Positions 13,775 through 24,300 of a DNA stretch of 64,000 bases are shown here, one piece after another; positions within the stretch are counted from its first letter, which is position 1, and every line of letters begins with the position of its first letter. A program made the translations under genes and the position numbers. This DNA comes from Minutocellus sp. GHC0000111 (lineage: Eukaryota). Under the pieces are notes generated by a model, which saw nothing but the letters and a program-made list of their open reading frames with translations, ran no database searches and had not been told where the DNA came from. Location of the stretch: assembly GCA_977018835.1 (NCBI GenBank), contig OZ361258.1:2604001-2668000 (forward strand). Reading direction: 5' to 3'.

Positions 13775-14893
13775 CTACTCATCATTGGCCATGAGCAACG
13801 ACAAAATTGCCATCCGTACGTACATTCCGTTCTCCATCTGTCGGAAGTAGGCCGCCCTCGGATCGTCGTCAAAGTCGGTCGATATTTCCTCCACCCGGGG
13901 GAGGGGATGCATCACGATGGTACTGGACGGGGCATCCTTCATCAGCTCCGTGTTGACGATGTACGAGCCCTTGACCTGTTCGTAGTCCGCCGGATCGTCG
14001 AAGCGCTCTCGTTGCACCCGCGTCACGTACAGGACGTCGGCATCCTCCAGCACGGTCTTGTCCAGCGTGTCGTAGGTTTCCTGCGTCACATTGTCGTGCT
14101 GGGCCACCACCTCCCGCACGGCCTTGGGCATGGCCAGGATGGGCGGGGCGGCATACCGGAGGGTGATGGGTACGTCCAGCCCGGCCCTCGCCAGCAGCTT
14201 GGCCAGGGAGTGGACCGTCCGTCCGTGCTTGAGATCGCCCAGCAGGACCACGACCAGCCGCTTCCGTTGCGATTGGGTGGACTGCAGCTTGAGCTCGTCC
14301 CATATGGTGAATAGATCCAAAAGAGCTTGGGTCGGGTGCTCTCCGGTTCCATCTCCGGCGTTGATGATGGGCCGTATGCCCGCCGACTGCAGCACCGCAC
14401 CGACGCTGCCCTTGACGGGATGACGCAGCACAACGGCATCCGCTTTGACATTATTTTTGGCATCGTCGGCCCTGCCACCGTCGCAGGCATCCCCCCCAGC
14501 ACAAGATCCGCCGACAATCTCCTGGATGGCCTCGGTCAGATCGCCACCCCCCTCGGCCCCCCTGTCCAACCCAGCGTAATGCACATACCGCCCCCCCAAC
14601 CGCGCCACGGCGGCCTGGAAGCTGCACGCCGTCCTTGTGCTGGCCTCGTAGAACACCGTGGCCAGCGTCCTGCCGGCCAGACGGTCGTCCCCGCCGTTTT
14701 GCCGGACGGCCGTCCGCATCTCTTGGGCTGTGCGGAAGAGCAGCTCGAGGCCCGAGGGGGTGACCTGCGCCACGGACACGAGGCCTGGCGCCGACGACCA
14801 GGTCTTGGGATCGTCCGTGAGGCAGTCCACCAGGGAGGGGGGGAGGACGAAACCGACGCTCAGCCTGCTCTTTTTGGATACCGGCGGCATCAT
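13775..14893 (-). CDS. pyrB: Stand-alone aspartate carbamoyltransferase catalytic chain with an atypical 80s loop
   Basis: FYEASTRT, VLRHP, INAGDGTGEHPTQALLD, GDLKHGRTVHSL, YVTRVQRER, MHPLPR and YFRQMENG motifs; intronless. Confidence 0.9.
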   Translation of the reverse strand: MMPPVSKKSRLSVGFVLPPSLVDCLTDDPKTWSSAPGLVSVAQVTPSGLELLFRTAQEMRTAVRQNGGDDRLAGRTLATVFYEASTRTACSFQAAVARLGGRYVHYAGLDRGAEGGGDLTEAIQEIVGGSCAGGDACDGGRADDAKNNVKADAVVLRHPVKGSVGAVLQSAGIRPIINAGDGTGEHPTQALLDLFTIWDELKLQSTQSQRKRLVVVLLGDLKHGRTVHSLAKLLARAGLDVPITLRYAAPPILAMPKAVREVVAQHDNVTQETYDTLDKTVLEDADVLYVTRVQRERFDDPADYEQVKGSYIVNTELMKDAPSSTIVMHPLPRVEEISTDFDDDPRAAYFRQMENGMYVRMAILSLLMANDE

Positions 14894-15132
14894 GGTTGGC
14901 GATGGCGGGTGGCACTGCGGTGATTGGACGGCTGAAAATGAGTGCACTTGCGAATTGCGGGGAAACTTTACGAAACTTTCATGTTTCGGGGGCTGCGCCC
15001 GAAAGTTCATCCAACGGACCAGCACCGCGAAGTCAAAGACAGAGACGACGGGCATACCAGCCCAGGCAAGGTGCAAAGGCAAGCATATTGCTGCTGCAGC
15101 AAAAGATAAAGTGCCACAGCAATCAATTGATC

Positions 15133-18100
15133 ATGTTCAAGGGACGTCTGCGGAGGGTCCGAGAGCGCATGGGCTCCGCCGAGGCTGCCTCTGCCGAAGA
15201 TGCGGCGCGTGCACAGCAGCAGCAAGGCGGAGAAGCAGACGAAAATGACGAGCAACAACAACCAGAAACACATGTCGATTATTCCATACCGCTCAAGGTT
15301 TCCGGTGACGATCCAGCCTTGGCCTCCACCTCAGCGGCACCAACTGCAGCAACGCATGCGAATAACAACCCGGCGATATCGGCGCTGGAGCGACGCATGG
15401 ATAACGAGTTGCCCTATCAGACAAGCGAACTGTCCACCTTTGACGCATGCATCGAGGCGGCCGATGCCATGGCGGCCAACGATTCTGGCAGAACTCCCAC
15501 AACAAGTTCGTCGTCCAATGGTGGCAGCAGCGGCAACAATAGCAGTGATGGTGTCACCGACTGTTCGGTTCTTGTCTCGCCCGACGGAGCACTGCTGTTC
15601 CTGCCACGGCAGGACAGTGCAGACGGCACTCACGAAATCATCGACGGGTTGCACTCCAAGCAAAACATGGAACTGCTGACCAACATGTACCCCACCGAGG
15701 AGGTACGGTCGGCCATCGTGACGGGATCGGATCTGCACCCCAACGGCGATCGGTTGGCCAATGGCTTTAGCGTGAGGGGTTGGTCGGACGATGCCGCGTC
15801 GCTGGCCTTGCGCAGGAGCGACGAGGCATTGCGTTCCACCGCAACCTTCATCCGTGGGTTGGACCAGATCCATCGAGAGGAGGCCGCCCGGATAGGTGGG
15901 ACGTTGTGCGACGAATTCCGCAAGAGTGTCATATCCAGTTCCGACAGTCGCAGGGCAGCACCCATGTCCGTCAAAAAGTCCAAATTCGGTCGGCAGCGGT
16001 CGGTGCCCAAGGACGATCCCAATGCCGAGGATTACGGTGGCGATACCGATGCCATGATATCGTCGTCATTCTCACGCGAGAACAAGCTCAAGACCTCGCC
16101 CCTCTTTTTCCCTGGTTCGACGTTACACGCTGCCGCCGCATCCTTGATTCAGTATCACACAACTGCCATTGGCAGTGCCGGTGCGACGAGGGTTGGTCTG
16201 ACGACATCAACGGCACCGCAAGAATCGGTAGCACAATTGCAAATGGCAGCAGAGAAGACGGCGCATCGGGCAGCCAATCGCGAGGCGGCGCTCACCCGAG
16301 CACATCGGCGAGTGGAGGAGATGGAGGCAGTCCTTCTGCTCCGTCGGCAGGAAGCCAAGAGCCGGTGGGAGGCAGTCCAAAAACTTGAAGACAAAGTCCA
16401 AAAGGAATACGAGAGGCGTGTCCGGGAGCGCAGCCGAGAGCTTTACAATCGCAAGCGACAGTCGGAGGATCATTTGAGCCATTTGAAGGACGATCCCGAT
16501 GGCGATAGATTTGGTGGTAACCACAATGGTGGTGCTGGTCATCCTGGCGGTGGAAAGCAACTCAACACTGGGGTCACAGACACAGAATTGTGGCAATTGG
16601 TAAGTCAGATAGGAAACGAAGAAGATCCTTCTTTTCATCCGCTCGGTTTGCCAGAGGCACCACTTCGACCGACTACCGACAAGAGCCTCGTTGACCAAGA
16701 AGAGGATGACGATGATGAAGAAGGCGAAGGAGACTTTGAGAATGACGGCTCGGCACCATCTTCGACTGTGCCCTCTTCATCGGCCAGCCCTGACCATTCA
16801 ATGCAGCATCCTCCACTACCTCCCATCGATCGAGGCGATGTCGAATTTGAGATGAATCTACCTCCTCTGCGGGCCGCCGCTCTCGAGGCCGAGTCTGAAG
16901 TTGAGGATGCAGCAACGAATGTGCTGAATGCTATCTCTGCTCTTGATACGATGGAGCGAAGTGCTCGTATTGCCGCAGAGTCGGCTCTGTTGTCAGCTGC
17001 CAACGCTCAAGCGGAAGCGATGAAGTCTGTGGTGCAGCAGGAACGGCTTGTACTCGAGGCAAGGCTCAAACAACTGGATGTATTGGACCGTCAAGTCAAC
17101 AGTCTGGATGTGAGGGCTGACTTGGATGCCTTCATTGCTTTTGATAAGCGGGAGAGGCCGGGCAGTGCCACTCGCCTGGGAGAAGATGATGATGGTGGAG
17201 TTGCGTCGGCGCTGGCTGTCCTTGATGGGCACGCAGAAGGCGCTGACGGTGGACTTGGAGCTTCTGCTAGTGCCACTAGCCTTTCGTCTTTCGAGAGATT
17301 TGGCGGTGCTGACGATACAGCTGCTGATGAGGATCGAAACCAAAATGACAAGCATAAGGGTATTGCTTTGAGCCGAGAAGAGATCGATAAGGTCATTGCC
17401 GCCCTATTTGCGGAGCGAGGCAATGAGGACGATGGCGTTGAAGATCTCGACGACGCCGGAAGTCTTGTTTTGGCTGTAAGTCTTCGCTCTTCCAGAAGTC
17501 GTTCATGCCGAGCATCGACATGCTATGCATTGAATAAGCAAAGGAGCGTCAAGACTGAGGTTGCTACGAACGAACAATTTGATGGATTATGTCGAGTATT
17601 CTACGCTCTTCTCAAGGGTTGCGATGCTCGAGTTCCATCGGACGTTGCGAATGCCAAGATGTGTATGATGCTAAGCCAAACATTTTATGTCGTCGACCAT
17701 GACGATGTATTCGGTGATGGCGGAGTAAATACTTCTGGCGAGGTCAGTGATGAGCGCAAAAGACGGCTCTATGTCAAGGCAACCCTTGTCAATCATCCCT
17801 TCTTTTCTCAAGAAGACTTTTGGGTTCAGGCACTGTTCCAGTGCGTCACCGAATCACTCGCTGGAAGTGGAGTCGTATCCCTCAACTTCGATCCACGATC
17901 TGCCTCTGGTGAAACATCCATGCCAGCATCGAGACGCGATAGGGACTCTGATTCTACCGAAAGGCGGCAACGAAAGTGGTACGAGCTCAACGGACAGGAA
18001 AGAGCGGAAGCTGCCTCGCAAGTCCACGCTGTAATCTTTGCTCAGCTCGGGGCGCTGTCGCACTCCATGCTCGAGTTTGGATGCGACCAATCGGTGGCAG

Positions 18101-18750
18101 TTGCGTTTGTAAGGAGGTTAAGTATTCAACATCAGCTGCCACTTTCTCAGAGGACAATGCTGCTGCAGCATTTGATTGGTCGCCAAAATTCTTCGGCAGT
18201 GAGCAACACCGCCACCGAAGATCAGCAGACCACTGGTAGCGACAACGAGGAATCGGAACCCCCCGACGCAGATGATGGCAATAACGATGGCCCCGATGAT
18301 GGCGAAAGCGAAGATGAACACAACGGCGAAGATGAGCCACAGGTCGATGATCCCTTCAAATCGACCTGTACAGATGAACCTGTCCCTGGCTGCAATCGCC
18401 TTGTCGCCCTCTTATCGCGAGGTGTATTAGACAGGACGCAATCGGCCCATCAACAACACTGTCTTGCCATTCTCAAAGCCCGAAATACCCCATACTGCGT
18501 TGTTGATGGTATGGACCCGCGACAAAAGGCTCGAAGAGACGAGTTATTCTTAGTGAGCGGGAAACGCGGGCATTATCCTCAGTTCTTCCTCCTTACATAC
18601 GACGATAACGGCAATGAAGCAGGTGCAATGTTTCTGGGGGGTTACGACCGGTTGAAGGATTTAAATGACACGGTCGACTTATCCGAAGACATCCTCCATG
18701 CCAACCCTGATCTGGAGACCTATGATAGATTGCTTGGAGAATGCAAGTAA
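15133..18750 (+). CDS. Coiled-coil protein with SBF2/MADD-like helical domain and C-terminal SH3BGR/glutaredoxin-like fold
   Basis: ALNKQRS...AKMCMMLSQTFY...LVNHPFFSQEDFW (SBF2-like). C-terminal ILKARNTPYCVVDGMD...RDELFLVSGKRGHYPQFF...FLGGYD. ATG at 15133 (MFKGRLRR). Confidence 0.65.
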   Translation: MFKGRLRRVRERMGSAEAASAEDAARAQQQQGGEADENDEQQQPETHVDYSIPLKVSGDDPALASTSAAPTAATHANNNPAISALERRMDNELPYQTSELSTFDACIEAADAMAANDSGRTPTTSSSSNGGSSGNNSSDGVTDCSVLVSPDGALLFLPRQDSADGTHEIIDGLHSKQNMELLTNMYPTEEVRSAIVTGSDLHPNGDRLANGFSVRGWSDDAASLALRRSDEALRSTATFIRGLDQIHREEAARIGGTLCDEFRKSVISSSDSRRAAPMSVKKSKFGRQRSVPKDDPNAEDYGGDTDAMISSSFSRENKLKTSPLFFPGSTLHAAAASLIQYHTTAIGSAGATRVGLTTSTAPQESVAQLQMAAEKTAHRAANREAALTRAHRRVEEMEAVLLLRRQEAKSRWEAVQKLEDKVQKEYERRVRERSRELYNRKRQSEDHLSHLKDDPDGDRFGGNHNGGAGHPGGGKQLNTGVTDTELWQLVSQIGNEEDPSFHPLGLPEAPLRPTTDKSLVDQEEDDDDEEGEGDFENDGSAPSSTVPSSSASPDHSMQHPPLPPIDRGDVEFEMNLPPLRAAALEAESEVEDAATNVLNAISALDTMERSARIAAESALLSAANAQAEAMKSVVQQERLVLEARLKQLDVLDRQVNSLDVRADLDAFIAFDKRERPGSATRLGEDDDGGVASALAVLDGHAEGADGGLGASASATSLSSFERFGGADDTAADEDRNQNDKHKGIALSREEIDKVIAALFAERGNEDDGVEDLDDAGSLVLAVSLRSSRSRSCRASTCYALNKQRSVKTEVATNEQFDGLCRVFYALLKGCDARVPSDVANAKMCMMLSQTFYVVDHDDVFGDGGVNTSGEVSDERKRRLYVKATLVNHPFFSQEDFWVQALFQCVTESLAGSGVVSLNFDPRSASGETSMPASRRDRDSDSTERRQRKWYELNGQERAEAASQVHAVIFAQLGALSHSMLEFGCDQSVAVAFVRRLSIQHQLPLSQRTMLLQHLIGRQNSSAVSNTATEDQQTTGSDNEESEPPDADDGNNDGPDDGESEDEHNGEDEPQVDDPFKSTCTDEPVPGCNRLVALLSRGVLDRTQSAHQQHCLAILKARNTPYCVVDGMDPRQKARRDELFLVSGKRGHYPQFFLLTYDDNGNEAGAMFLGGYDRLKDLNDTVDLSEDILHANPDLETYDRLLGECK

Positions 18751-18784
18751 TTCAACTACGTACATAGGAATTCCTACAGTATCA

Positions 18785-19849
18785 TTATATTTGAAGGATG
18801 TTCGGCCAGAATGCTTCTCTTGGTGCTGACGCACAATTATCGCGTGCTATAACTCTCTGAAGCATTGGGGCCAGTCTAGTCGCCAAAGCCTCGCTACTCA
18901 AGGCTGATCTTAATGCCTTTAGCCCAGCGAAGCCAATTTCGCAACTCGAGATATCTAGAACCTCTAGTGTGGGCCAGAGCCAACCGGTCAAAAGCATATG
19001 TGCAAGTATTTTTGCTCCTTCCGCTTTCATTGGATTCCTCCTCAGACTAAGATATTTTAGGCCGACTAAAGCCTTTGTTTTCTTCTTTGCCATGGCTACT
19101 TTTTTAAATGCACAAATCCCATCTGAAGTGATACCGTTCCCTGTAAGGTCAAGATGATGGAGCTTCGGTGAATTATTCAGTGAAAACGTTTCCAAGAGAT
19201 AGGCAAGGCCACCATCTCCCATAGCGTTCCACGCAAGATGCAACTCTTTCAACTCTGGACAAACTCCTCTTGATAAGGCTTGCGAAAGAGCCCGAGCTCC
19301 GGCAACACCGAGATTTGCCGATGGTGCGCGGATGACCTTCACGTTCCGATAGCAGTTGTCAAAACCGCCAAGTGAAAGAAGTCCATCGCAAGCCTCACTT
19401 CCCTTTCGCCTGGAGAGAAATAACACTTGCTTCTTGTCAGCAAGATTACTGTTATCACTTTTTGGAGCTGGTTTGGTGAGGATTGTTCTTCGAGCTTCTA
19501 TTGTCCCGTATTGTCTCATCATCTCCTCCACTTTTTGTAGATGATCATTTTCCGACAGTAGCTCAGATCTCAATTTTTCGTCGTGATCTATTCGTTTCAA
19601 CAATTCTCTCTTTTGACATGCCTCTTCTGTACGCATTCGAGTCTCTTCTTCATCTTTTCTCTTCTTCTGTCGCTCGCGATGAACTCGGCCGGAGATGTGC
19701 GCCTCATAGTTCTCGAGACGTTTGTGCAGGGCACTATTTTCCTTTTTTCTTTCATTGATTTTGCGCTCAACGACTTGATCATGGTACTTTAGTAGCTTGT
19801 CCCTTAGAGAATATAGAGATGTGTGTTGGGCTTCCCTCCGTTGAGTCAT
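18785..19849 (-). CDS. Coiled-coil + RI-type leucine-rich repeat protein
   Basis: LKELHLAWNAMGDGG, LHHLDLTGNGITSDG, LKYLSLRRNPMKAEG and LEVLDISSCEIGFAG repeats. Confidence 0.8.
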   Translation of the reverse strand: MTQRREAQHTSLYSLRDKLLKYHDQVVERKINERKKENSALHKRLENYEAHISGRVHRERQKKRKDEEETRMRTEEACQKRELLKRIDHDEKLRSELLSENDHLQKVEEMMRQYGTIEARRTILTKPAPKSDNSNLADKKQVLFLSRRKGSEACDGLLSLGGFDNCYRNVKVIRAPSANLGVAGARALSQALSRGVCPELKELHLAWNAMGDGGLAYLLETFSLNNSPKLHHLDLTGNGITSDGICAFKKVAMAKKKTKALVGLKYLSLRRNPMKAEGAKILAHMLLTGWLWPTLEVLDISSCEIGFAGLKALRSALSSEALATRLAPMLQRVIARDNCASAPREAFWPNILQI

Positions 19850-20031
19850 TGAAGAATATGCCAAAGAAGGAAAGGGGAGAAGGGAGCTTCTGAAGTCCGA
19901 GACACCGGTCGGTGTCACTTGGTCATAGATGAGATAGTAGGGATCCAAGAAAATCCTCGGTATTTTCAGGTCAGATTGCACCCTCATCACAGCCATCCTC
20001 ACCCTCACCACAACTAAGTCCTTCGACCATC

Positions 20032-21270
20032 ATGATCCAGATCGAAAGCTCTGATAATGATATCGTTGAAAGTAACATCACGGCAAAAGATGCTGCGGCT
20101 ATTCTCGACAAATGCCGGATAGAACTTAGAAAAGGGACTCAGATTCCTTCCAACGCAAGTCTTCTAAAGTATCGCGATGAATTCGTACCCTTTTGCAAAC
20201 GAGAGGACGGTGATGACGAGTACCATGAGTTGTGCGGTGTCGTCGATGAGATCAAACAACTCGAAGACCGAAAGCTTCTACTCCAAAGCAAAAGGGAGGA
20301 CCTCAAGTCACTACTATCAAAGCGTGATTATGTCAGCAATGAGTCAGAATTAGAACACATCACTGCACGCCTATCGGCCAATGAGAAGAGGTTCTGCACA
20401 AAACTGCTGAGGCACCCTCTTGTCGCCGCAAATATTGAGAAACTGGACGCTGCGTGCAAAGACTTTGCGAATGTTCTCGCCAGTACCATCCAAGAAATTC
20501 GAGCCCATGGGACCTGCCAGGTCCTTCGGGACAATGCCACCAAAACCAATGCCTTGAGTTCGTTTCGTCAGCGCGGTGAAGAAATGGCAAGCAAAGCCAA
20601 AGAAGCGAGAGCTGTCGTTAGCGAGCTTCAGGAGACATTTCGAACGGAACGGGAAGAGCACGACAGCCGAGTCTGTCGTTTAGAGTCCGAGTCGAGCCGC
20701 ATCACGAAGGAGCTGGCTGCTATCCACGATGGTACTAATGTGGAATCGATAAATCATCGACGTGCAATGAACGATAAGGTATCTGCAGCTCGTAGCGATG
20801 CAGAGCAGAAGGAAGTCGCCCTTCGGGCCGATATCGATAAGCTCCAGAGGTTGATTCAAAAGGCTGCACGTGACCATCATGGTAGGGTGAGTCAAATCAA
20901 GTCAGATATTGACGTGCTCGAGACCAAAAAGGCTGCTCAGCACGAGTTCGCAGCCAAGGCAGATGTAGCTGAGGCTCAGATGCAATCCCTCACAGCGAAA
21001 CGAGAGGAGAATCTAAAGATTCTTGTGGAATTGCAGCGTCGATGGGATCGAGGTGAGGCAGAGAAGAAGCGGCTGGATGACAAAAGGGAGGAAGAAAGAC
21101 GCGAAGAGCTGCGTCTGCGGAAGGAGGAGGAATACCGTCGTCTATGTGCCAAGAAAATCACTGTGGCCTATCGAATCTACCTAAGGAAAAAGGCAAAGCT
21201 TGCTGCCTCTCAGAAGAGCAAAAAGGGAAAGAAGGGTGCAAAGGGCAAGAAGAAGAAAAAGGCCAGCTAG
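20032..21270 (+). CDS. IQ-motif coiled-coil protein, DRC9/IQCG- or DRC10/IQCD-like (putative flagellar)
   Basis: Long coiled coil, C-terminal IQ-like CAKKITVAYRIYLRKK and Lys-rich tail KKGKKGAKGKKKKK. Confidence 0.6.
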   Translation: MIQIESSDNDIVESNITAKDAAAILDKCRIELRKGTQIPSNASLLKYRDEFVPFCKREDGDDEYHELCGVVDEIKQLEDRKLLLQSKREDLKSLLSKRDYVSNESELEHITARLSANEKRFCTKLLRHPLVAANIEKLDAACKDFANVLASTIQEIRAHGTCQVLRDNATKTNALSSFRQRGEEMASKAKEARAVVSELQETFRTEREEHDSRVCRLESESSRITKELAAIHDGTNVESINHRRAMNDKVSAARSDAEQKEVALRADIDKLQRLIQKAARDHHGRVSQIKSDIDVLETKKAAQHEFAAKADVAEAQMQSLTAKREENLKILVELQRRWDRGEAEKKRLDDKREEERREELRLRKEEEYRRLCAKKITVAYRIYLRKKAKLAASQKSKKGKKGAKGKKKKKAS

Positions 21271-21336
21271 CTACGTACGTAGTAGCTTAAGGTTCGTCTC
21301 TATTAGATGTGTAATCTACGTAACATTGTAATTGCA

Positions 21337-24300
21337 TCACACCACGGCAATCTCTCCATCGGCAATAGACGGAGGAGATTCCTTGAGGCCCTGCTGTTGC
21401 CATTCAGCGACGTACTTCTGGCAAAAGGCCATATCGTCGATGGAGTTCCACGTCAGTGCACTGACTTCTCCGGCGTCGGGCGTTTTCAAGACGCCGCAGG
21501 CGGCAAGGACAAGGATCGCATTACGCAAATGCTCACTGCCTAGTTCCTTGGTGGTCCACAATAAGCGTTCAGGTGTAAGCTCGTCTCCTTCACCCTGGGG
21601 GGCAATGTCCTCCCCAAGTAAGAGCGTCATGACGCTCAACATGTTCACCCAGATATCGATAAAGGCCTTGTCCATTGTCAGAAGTCTCTTGAGGTGGTGG
21701 AGGAACGGCTTGAAGAGAAGGCTAATGCACATTTCCAGCTCAATTAGAATTTCCTCTCCTCGCATATCCGATTCGGCGGCCGCAGCGAGTAGATCCTTCA
21801 TTCGATCCCCAGCAAGAGGGACACATATGTCGGTAAATATTTTGCAGATCTCCTCATCGGGCAGATACTTGCCGTGTCTATCAATAATGGCATCAGTCAA
21901 CATGGACAAGGCGTGTTGGCGGACACTCTGCGTGCAAGAGGAATAGTTTAGGTGCATCGCAGAGAGGGGGATCAATACTTAGTAAAGGTGGAGGTGAATG
22001 AAAGAAATAGGACATGTAATAAACACATAACAGCGGCGCACATGGAATACTTACCGCATACCGGCTCGTTCCAGCAGCTCCGGCCATGCCATGCAAAATT
22101 GGCATCCAATACTGAACCCAACTGACATCGATTGGCTCGTTTGAGTCCGTCTCTTGTTCAGCGGTAATGATCAGAGACTCAACTCTTGTGTGAAGTAGCG
22201 ACAAAAGGTCTAGTCCTGCCACGCTAATCTTCGGGCAGTTCTGCTTCTCACCGCCTCGAATCAAGGCCGAGACGCCGACAACAATTTCCAACGGCACCGA
22301 GTCTTCCAGCTCGGGAGCATTGAGCATCAAATGCAAACAGCGGAACGCTTGCAGGGCCGGATCATCTTCGGATAAGCCCACTGAGCGACCGCTATTGGCA
22401 TGTCGAGGATGAATTATTTCTCCTCGGAAAGCACACCATTCGACGAGGCCGAGGATTCCGTCCCATCCGTCGTAATTGATGGTTTTTAATCCCTCGACGT
22501 CTCGACAGATGCGCCATAGGCCCTCGGCCAAGTGCTTGTCCAGACTTAGATTCGGCGATAACGAATACAAACCGCCGAAGGGAGGGTAAAGCACCTTGAG
22601 AGCTCCGAGCACCTTATTCGATACGTCTTCACGATGGACATTCCACGTGCATATCCTCAGAAGGCCCGTGGCGCACTTTTCTAATCCGGGGATCATCAAA
22701 ATCGAAAGAAGCTGTTCCTCCTGCGAAGTTGGCATAGAGGTCTCACTCTTGGAGTGGCTTAGCTGTTTCCGCTGCTTCTTTCCAAGACAGTCCTTGTAAT
22801 GCTGCGAAAGTACGTTGTCCCAGAGCAATCCGATGCGATCGCGATTCTTGAGGGCGACCTCACAGAGCAGAACTTCGGCAAGAGCCTCAGAAGCAGGGCT
22901 GAGAGGAGAAAACGATGCGGGAAGAGAGGGGTCGCCAGGAGCAGATGGTCTACTTGGATGACCCCTGATGCCTGCACTCACTGGGCTTGCTGCAGCGGAC
23001 GCTACGCCGCCGCCACTGGTTTCGGGTACTGAGGCAGAGACAGTATCACCGCCTTCATCGTCGGAACCGGTGCCGATGTTGCTATTGCTGCTGCTCTTCA
23101 AGATGTCCACCAGTGCCATCATCAAATCCTGGACACTCTCAACGTCCAGAAATCTACTCTCGCTCACCAGACTGGCAAAATCGCACACACGAGCCAGACG
23201 CTTTCGTGCGCGAGCTCGAGGCGATAGCTGGTACGCTCGAGTATCATCATATGTTTCGAGGCCTGTAATGGGAGTCTCGGGGTGGTAGACAAGCTGGTCT
23301 TCGTGGATAAGTTGGCTTTCAAAGGCAGCGCCAGGTGACTGGACTTGGCGAAAGGATCTGCTATCCACACCATCGTCGTAGTAATCACCTCCCGCGGAGA
23401 CCGAGCTCTCATCATCGTCACCATCGTCGAGATTGTCGTCCTCGTCGTCACTTGCAGCAAGCTCGTCCCACAACACCTGTTCTTCCTTCCCATGCACCGT
23501 TCGCAAGACAGTTGGGCCTTTGCCATCGGCCGATGCAGTATTGGGTGTAGGCTCTGGAGCAGGCGAATCCGCTGATCCAAAAAGAAGTGTTCCGAAGAAC
23601 GACCGCTTCGTCTTGGCTGCGCTGCGACCACTGATGTCCAAACCAGCAGCGTGCATTGCTTCTTTCATCAGTCTCAAGGACCACTCACGACGACAGTTAG
23701 GGCTCAAAAGATCTTGATCACTCTCAACAAGCAAACCCTTCATTTTGTTCCGTTTGCCACCGATGAGCAACTTGAGGTCGCGAAGCTCGAAGATCATGGA
23801 CCAGACGGCCCTCCAACCCTCGAAGCCGATCCAATCTCCGGAATCACGGGCGGTATTGATGGCGACAATCAATGCCGACTGCCTTTGCACTGAATGAACG
23901 AATTCGGCAGTTCGAGCGACTGCATCGAAGCGGTATTCTCCGATAAGGCCCGTGTAATTGCAAATGACGACAAATATGTCCTGGAAGACGTCTTTTTGGC
24001 CGCGAGCACGAGCACCTTCAAGCAGCGTTAGAGACATATCCATGCCCAATCGAGCGCCTTGAGCGCCATCCATTCCGCCAGCACTTTGATAGGCCTCATC
24101 GACACAAGTACGCTGCGTAACAACGGCCCAGAACGCGCCCGTAGCGGACAGAGTCGGGAGCCAAATACTCTCGAGAACGAGATCCTTGACCTCCCCCCTT
24201 TCTTTTGGCGATAGTTGGGACGTTACCGAAGTTTTGTCACTTGATGAAGAGGCCCCGGCTCGGAGAACATCCTTCCACCTTTCAACAGTCATAACGCCTG

